A stretch of 31,027 nt of DNA, from positions 1 to 31,027 of IMG/VR virus record IMGVR_UViG_3300010048_000244; one strand, given 5' to 3'. Origin of the DNA: a virus (Duplodnaviria; Caudoviricetes). Within the stretch, counting starts at the first letter, position 1. Each line of letters opens with the position of its first letter. Under the pieces are notes generated by a model, which was not told where the DNA came from, made no database searches, and worked only from the letters and a program-made list of their open reading frames with translations. Below, piece after piece: positions 27,291 to 31,027 of the stretch. The position numbers were made by a program, and so were the translations under genes.

Positions 27291-27686
27291 TTAGTCCAAT
27301 CCCCAAAGCTTGCGCGCGGCTTTGATTTCGGCCGCGCGTTCCTTGTCGCGGCCGTCTTGCCATGCGTGGAAGGCGTGGTTAACCGGCTCGCCGTTTATCC
27401 GGCAGTCGCAACCCTCGCCTGCCCGGATCAAGACCGCCGCTGCGTCGTTAAGCTTTGGCGGCCCTAGCTGGGCGAGTTTGCAGCCGGAATAGTTGCCCTG
27501 CCAGATCAGTGACGGGCAGGGACCCTGCGCGCGGCCGTGCACCGCTTGGCCTAGTTCGCAGACCGTAACGAGGCAACAAACGCCGCAGCGGTTGCAAGCG
27601 CTGCCGTGCGGCGGTTTGCGTTCGGCGATGTCGCGCCGGATCATGGCTGCCGGTTTCATGACACGGACCGCAATGTGTAGACCCAT
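27291..27686 (-). CDS. Cys-cluster protein (CxxCxxCC, YkgJ/FliB-like Zn or Fe-S binding)
   Basis: CNRCGVCC...C...CP.L......C...CDC; GGAAGGGG RBS. Confidence 0.65.
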   Translation of the reverse strand: MGLHIAVRVMKPAAMIRRDIAERKPPHGSACNRCGVCCLVTVCELGQAVHGRAQGPCPSLIWQGNYSGCKLAQLGPPKLNDAAAVLIRAGEGCDCRINGEPVNHAFHAWQDGRDKERAAEIKAARKLWGLD

Positions 27687-27760
27687 AGTTAAAACCCCTT
27701 CCGTTGCGTGCTGTCGGTTGACAACACAATGAGCGGGCGCAAGCGCCCGCCTTTGTGCAG

Positions 27761-28117
27761 TCAGTGACCGTGATGCCAAGTCGTGCCCCCGTCGTGGGAG
27801 TGTACGCCTTGCGCCAGCGCTTTAGTATTGACAGGTCGCCCCGCCATTGCCTCCGCGCGTGCCAGTTCGGCTTGCACCAACGCATTGCCTTGCACTTTAA
27901 GGCGGCGATAGGCGCAAGCGTCGGTGATGCCGTCGCGGTCCGTCTCGTTCCAGCCTTGGAACGCGATAGCGCCCGTCGCCTTATCAACCACGGGCCGCAC
28001 TTGCCGATTAAGCAGTTTTAGCGCGAGCGCATCGACCGCTTTGCGTATCTCAGCGGCGCGTTCGCTTGTTGTTTGCTTGCGCCCGCCGATTGTCTTTAGT
28101 CTGGTATCGCATGGCAT
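27761..28117 (-). CDS. Hypothetical protein (118 aa) in the AAA+ ATPase cluster
   Basis: AAGGGGG RBS; His-rich C-terminus HSHDGG.TWHHGH. Confidence 0.7.
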   Translation of the reverse strand: MPCDTRLKTIGGRKQTTSERAAEIRKAVDALALKLLNRQVRPVVDKATGAIAFQGWNETDRDGITDACAYRRLKVQGNALVQAELARAEAMAGRPVNTKALAQGVHSHDGGTTWHHGH

Positions 28118-28189
28118 GGGAAACCCCCTTTGTTAGATGCCAGTCACGTTGCAAAGTGACAAACGCCCCGCAAACGTGCGGGGCAAAGT
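28114..28189 (-). repeat. Intergenic cassette copy 1 (hairpin + conserved box + RBS)
   Basis: gcatgggaaaccccctttgtt...ttgcaaagtgacaaacgcc-hairpin-gcaaagt, shared with 29018-29111. Confidence 0.85.
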
Positions 28190-28190
28190 A

Positions 28191-29021
28191 TTAGTCAATG
28201 TCAATATTGTTTTTCCACTCCTCGCTTTCGACCGGAATGCGCGGGCCAAACAATTGTTCGGCTAACGCTTCGCCCGCTAATGGTGCGGCGTCAAAGTCAA
28301 CGCCCCGCCCTTCCGCTTCCGGCGCGGCGACTGGCGCTTGCGCGTCATCGCTGATTTCCAGAAACGCCGTGCGGCTTTCCGCCAACGTCTTGAACACCGT
28401 GGCGTCAATTTCCACGGCCGCCGTCTCGCCCGCTTTCACGATGGCGCGCGCCTGTTTGCGCACGGCATCGATAGAAGCTTGCAAGCGCTCGGCCGCTTCC
28501 GGCGTTAACATCTTGCCGATGCTTTGCGCCTTGTTCGCCGCCGCGCGGATGACGTCGGCATCAAGGTTCGTTACGCCTAGCGCCATGTCCGCCAACAAGT
28601 CGCGAACCTCGCTATTGATCGCTTGGAACGCGCGAACGTCGTCCGACGCGACTTCAGTCAGGAACACATAGAAGTCTAACCGCGTCACGGTCGCGGATGC
28701 ATTAAAAGCATCGCGGACCGCGTAAGCTTCGCGGATAGCGGTTTCCAGATTGTCGCGGCTTGCTTGCGGGCAAAGCAAAAAATTGCCTTGCGTGCAAACG
28801 CCCGTGACAATGCTGCGCGCCTTGGAACGCGCCTTCACTGCGCGTTCATGCTCCTCGCCGTCCTCGACAATGCGTTGCGTGTTCCACTCGGCGCGGCGGG
28901 TTAAGCCGTTCTCTAACACGTGGTCACCTTCGATTGTCGTGGTGTAGTAGCGCACATTGCCGCGCAAGCTTGTCTTTAAGCTAACAAGCACGCCCGGCCG
29001 GATAGTCGATACTTTCAGCAT
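28191..29021 (-). CDS. Hypothetical helical protein (DUF3150-like) in the AAA+ ATPase cluster
   Basis: ATG 29021 has the same RBS as 28117; 276 aa. The family assignment is tentative. Confidence 0.65.
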   Translation of the reverse strand: MLKVSTIRPGVLVSLKTSLRGNVRYYTTTIEGDHVLENGLTRRAEWNTQRIVEDGEEHERAVKARSKARSIVTGVCTQGNFLLCPQASRDNLETAIREAYAVRDAFNASATVTRLDFYVFLTEVASDDVRAFQAINSEVRDLLADMALGVTNLDADVIRAAANKAQSIGKMLTPEAAERLQASIDAVRKQARAIVKAGETAAVEIDATVFKTLAESRTAFLEISDDAQAPVAAPEAEGRGVDFDAAPLAGEALAEQLFGPRIPVESEEWKNNIDID

Positions 29022-29111
29022 GGGAAACCCCCTTTGTTGCTGGTCAGTCTGCACTATTGCAAAGTGACAAACGCCGCGCGCCCGGACTGTGACCGGACTG
29101 CGCGGCAAAGT
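29018..29111 (-). repeat. Intergenic cassette copy 2
   Basis: Same conserved blocks as 28114-28189, with a different hairpin interior. Confidence 0.85.
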
Positions 29112-29119
29112 TTTGTTTG

Positions 29120-30784
29120 TTAGATTTCAACGCCGCTTAATTGCTGCGCCGTCACGACTTCCGCCGCAGTGGCGGGCCGTGCTTTGCCGACTGCCCACTG
29201 CCGCAACCCGGCAATACGCTCGGCCGATGTTTTTGACAGCGGGACAGTCTGTTCTGCTGCTGTCAGCAAGTCGGCCGTTGTGATCGCACGCGCGTTATCG
29301 GCATATGCGGCGTACATCGCGGTAGGAATTAGCTCCGCGACTTCACTGCCCGTAAAGCCGAATTGAGCGGCGTCACGGAAGCAAGCACTAGCAACGCGGT
29401 CCAGATCAAGGCCGTTTGCATCGCGCCCGTTAGTGCGCAGCGAAGCTTGCAGGATGCTTTTGCGCTCCGCGACGGTTGGCAGGTCTACAAAAAAGATTTC
29501 GTCAAACCGGCCTTTGCGCATCAGTTCCGGCGGAAGCTTGCTCACGTCGTTTGCCGTAGCAATTACGAAAGCTTCGCCTTGCCGTTCCTGCATCCATGTC
29601 AGAACGGACCCCAGTGCATCGGTTGACACACCGCCGTCCGCACTGCCGTCCGTCGCACCAGCAAGCGCTTTTTCGATTTCATCAAGCCAAACGACACAGC
29701 GGCCGATTGCCTCGATAACCCTAAAAGCTTTGCGGATGTTTTGTTCACTCTCGCCCACGAATTTAGACTTGAGTGCACCTAGGTCTAACCGAATAAGCGG
29801 GATGCCCAACGCGGTGGCGATAGCCTTGGCGGTGAGAGACTTGCCGCAACCCGGCACGCCAACAAGCATGCAACCCTTGCGCGGTTTCAAACCGTACTTG
29901 CGCGCCTTGTCCGACCATGCGTCCGCAATGGTCAACAGCCACGCTTTCAAGTTTTCAAGACCGCCAACGCTTTCCAGTCCGCCGGGAATTGGGTCGTACC
30001 ATTCCATGATGCGCTCTTTGCCAATCACGCGCTTTTTCTCGCTTGCGACTAGCAACGCATCAATGGTCCGCCGTTTCACCAGCGACGTGCTGTAGGCATT
30101 TTGTGTGTCGGCTTCCGACAGACCCAACGCCGCGTCAATCGCTGCATCGCGTTTGCCGTTTGTCAGGTCCGCAAGTTCCGGAAGCTTGTTTATGTTGGTT
30201 GCAATCGCCGCTTCTAGGATTGCGGCGATTTCCGCCTTGTCGGGCAGCGGCCAATCAATGACCGTTGCATGATCCGACAGCTCATCTGGCACTTTGCCGG
30301 ACGGCGAGATAACGACGATAGCTTGCGCGGTGTTCTGCGCCATACGCGGCCGCGCCAGTGCGATGTTGCGGACTGCCCGCAACACTGCCGCGCCCGGCAT
30401 GCCTTCCAGCCACACCGGCAGGTCGCGCATGATCCACACGTTGCGGTCACTGTCACCGTCCCGCATGGTCTGGCGCGACTTCGCCAGAATAACGCCCAGC
30501 ATTTCGCTGGGATCATTGGTTTGCGTAAGCTGCAACGGCTTGCCGGATAGTTCGCACGGTCCCTGCGCGATATCCCAAGTGCGGCACTGATACGCCGCCG
30601 CATTGGCCGCTTGCGCAATGTAGCGCTCGGCGCGGCTTTCTTCCTTGGTGACAATCCAAAGCAAAGCTACGCGCGCCTGCAAGTCCGCCTTGATGTCCGC
30701 CATTACCCGTTGCGACTTGGTTGTCAGTGCGACTTGCGCCGACAGCGCAACCGGTTCGGCTGTAGTGTTTGTTAGTTCCGACAT
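29120..30784 (-). CDS. AAA+ ATPase, Ycf46-like (degenerate N-terminal AAA domain plus an intact classical AAA domain)
   Basis: VGGLENLK, Walker A GVPGCGKS, Walker B VVWLDEIEK, TAN and SRH PPELMRKGRFD; AAAGGA RBS. Confidence 0.9.
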   Translation of the reverse strand: MSELTNTTAEPVALSAQVALTTKSQRVMADIKADLQARVALLWIVTKEESRAERYIAQAANAAAYQCRTWDIAQGPCELSGKPLQLTQTNDPSEMLGVILAKSRQTMRDGDSDRNVWIMRDLPVWLEGMPGAAVLRAVRNIALARPRMAQNTAQAIVVISPSGKVPDELSDHATVIDWPLPDKAEIAAILEAAIATNINKLPELADLTNGKRDAAIDAALGLSEADTQNAYSTSLVKRRTIDALLVASEKKRVIGKERIMEWYDPIPGGLESVGGLENLKAWLLTIADAWSDKARKYGLKPRKGCMLVGVPGCGKSLTAKAIATALGIPLIRLDLGALKSKFVGESEQNIRKAFRVIEAIGRCVVWLDEIEKALAGATDGSADGGVSTDALGSVLTWMQERQGEAFVIATANDVSKLPPELMRKGRFDEIFFVDLPTVAERKSILQASLRTNGRDANGLDLDRVASACFRDAAQFGFTGSEVAELIPTAMYAAYADNARAITTADLLTAAEQTVPLSKTSAERIAGLRQWAVGKARPATAAEVVTAQQLSGVEI

Positions 30785-31027
30785 GGTCTAATCCTTTCCA
30801 TTTGGCAAAATTGCCTAATGCGGCGACCGCCCGAGTATGGCGTGAACGCCGCTGTGAAATAAAAAATCTTACTCTGAGGATTGGTTATTGCCGTCGCCCG
30901 CCTCTGACTTTCAAAGCGGCTTACTGGGCCGGTTACAGGCACATGTGAGGCGCGGCGCGGGCTGTTACCCTTATCGCCTGACCCTGCGGTGCGCTGGATC
31001 GGTGGAACCCTAGTCCCTTGGGCGTGA

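Noticed and set aside
30785-31027. Possible RNA gene upstream of the AAA+ ATPase
   Set aside because: Only short stems are visible and the region is cut by the window edge, so no call is supportable.

Overview
This window is part of a tailed phage or prophage genome with an alphaproteobacterial host, probably Hyphomicrobiales (it carries a GcrA homologue, a dif/XerD-like arm, and no GANTC sites in my manual scan). Bases 1-17.6 kb (+) form a tightly coupled late operon. It opens with a 5'-truncated giant Thr/Val/Ser repeat protein that has no D/E/K/R for about 1,100 residues, followed by small beta-rich virion-like proteins. Next comes a TPR-GT41 (OGT/SPINDLY-like) protein glycosyltransferase with its own sugar pathway: a PfkB/RfaE-type kinase, a GmhA-type isomerase, a two-subunit TPP enzyme and a radical SAM-SPASM enzyme. 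The operon ends with a beta-helix tailspike and a lysis module. Bases 17.8-23.1 kb (-) hold the recombination genes (YqaJ exonuclease, Bet/RecT). Bases 23.2-27.1 kb (+) hold an HTH-HNH protein, GcrA, RusA, an SSB-like protein and a HiPIP-like protein. Bases 27.3-30.8 kb (-) hold a Ycf46-like AAA+ ATPase cluster with repeated intergenic cassettes. The best candidate for a new system is a phage-encoded protein glycosylation module that would make an unusual sugar and attach it to a mucin-like virion fibre. All family calls come from motif recognition by eye; no searches were run.
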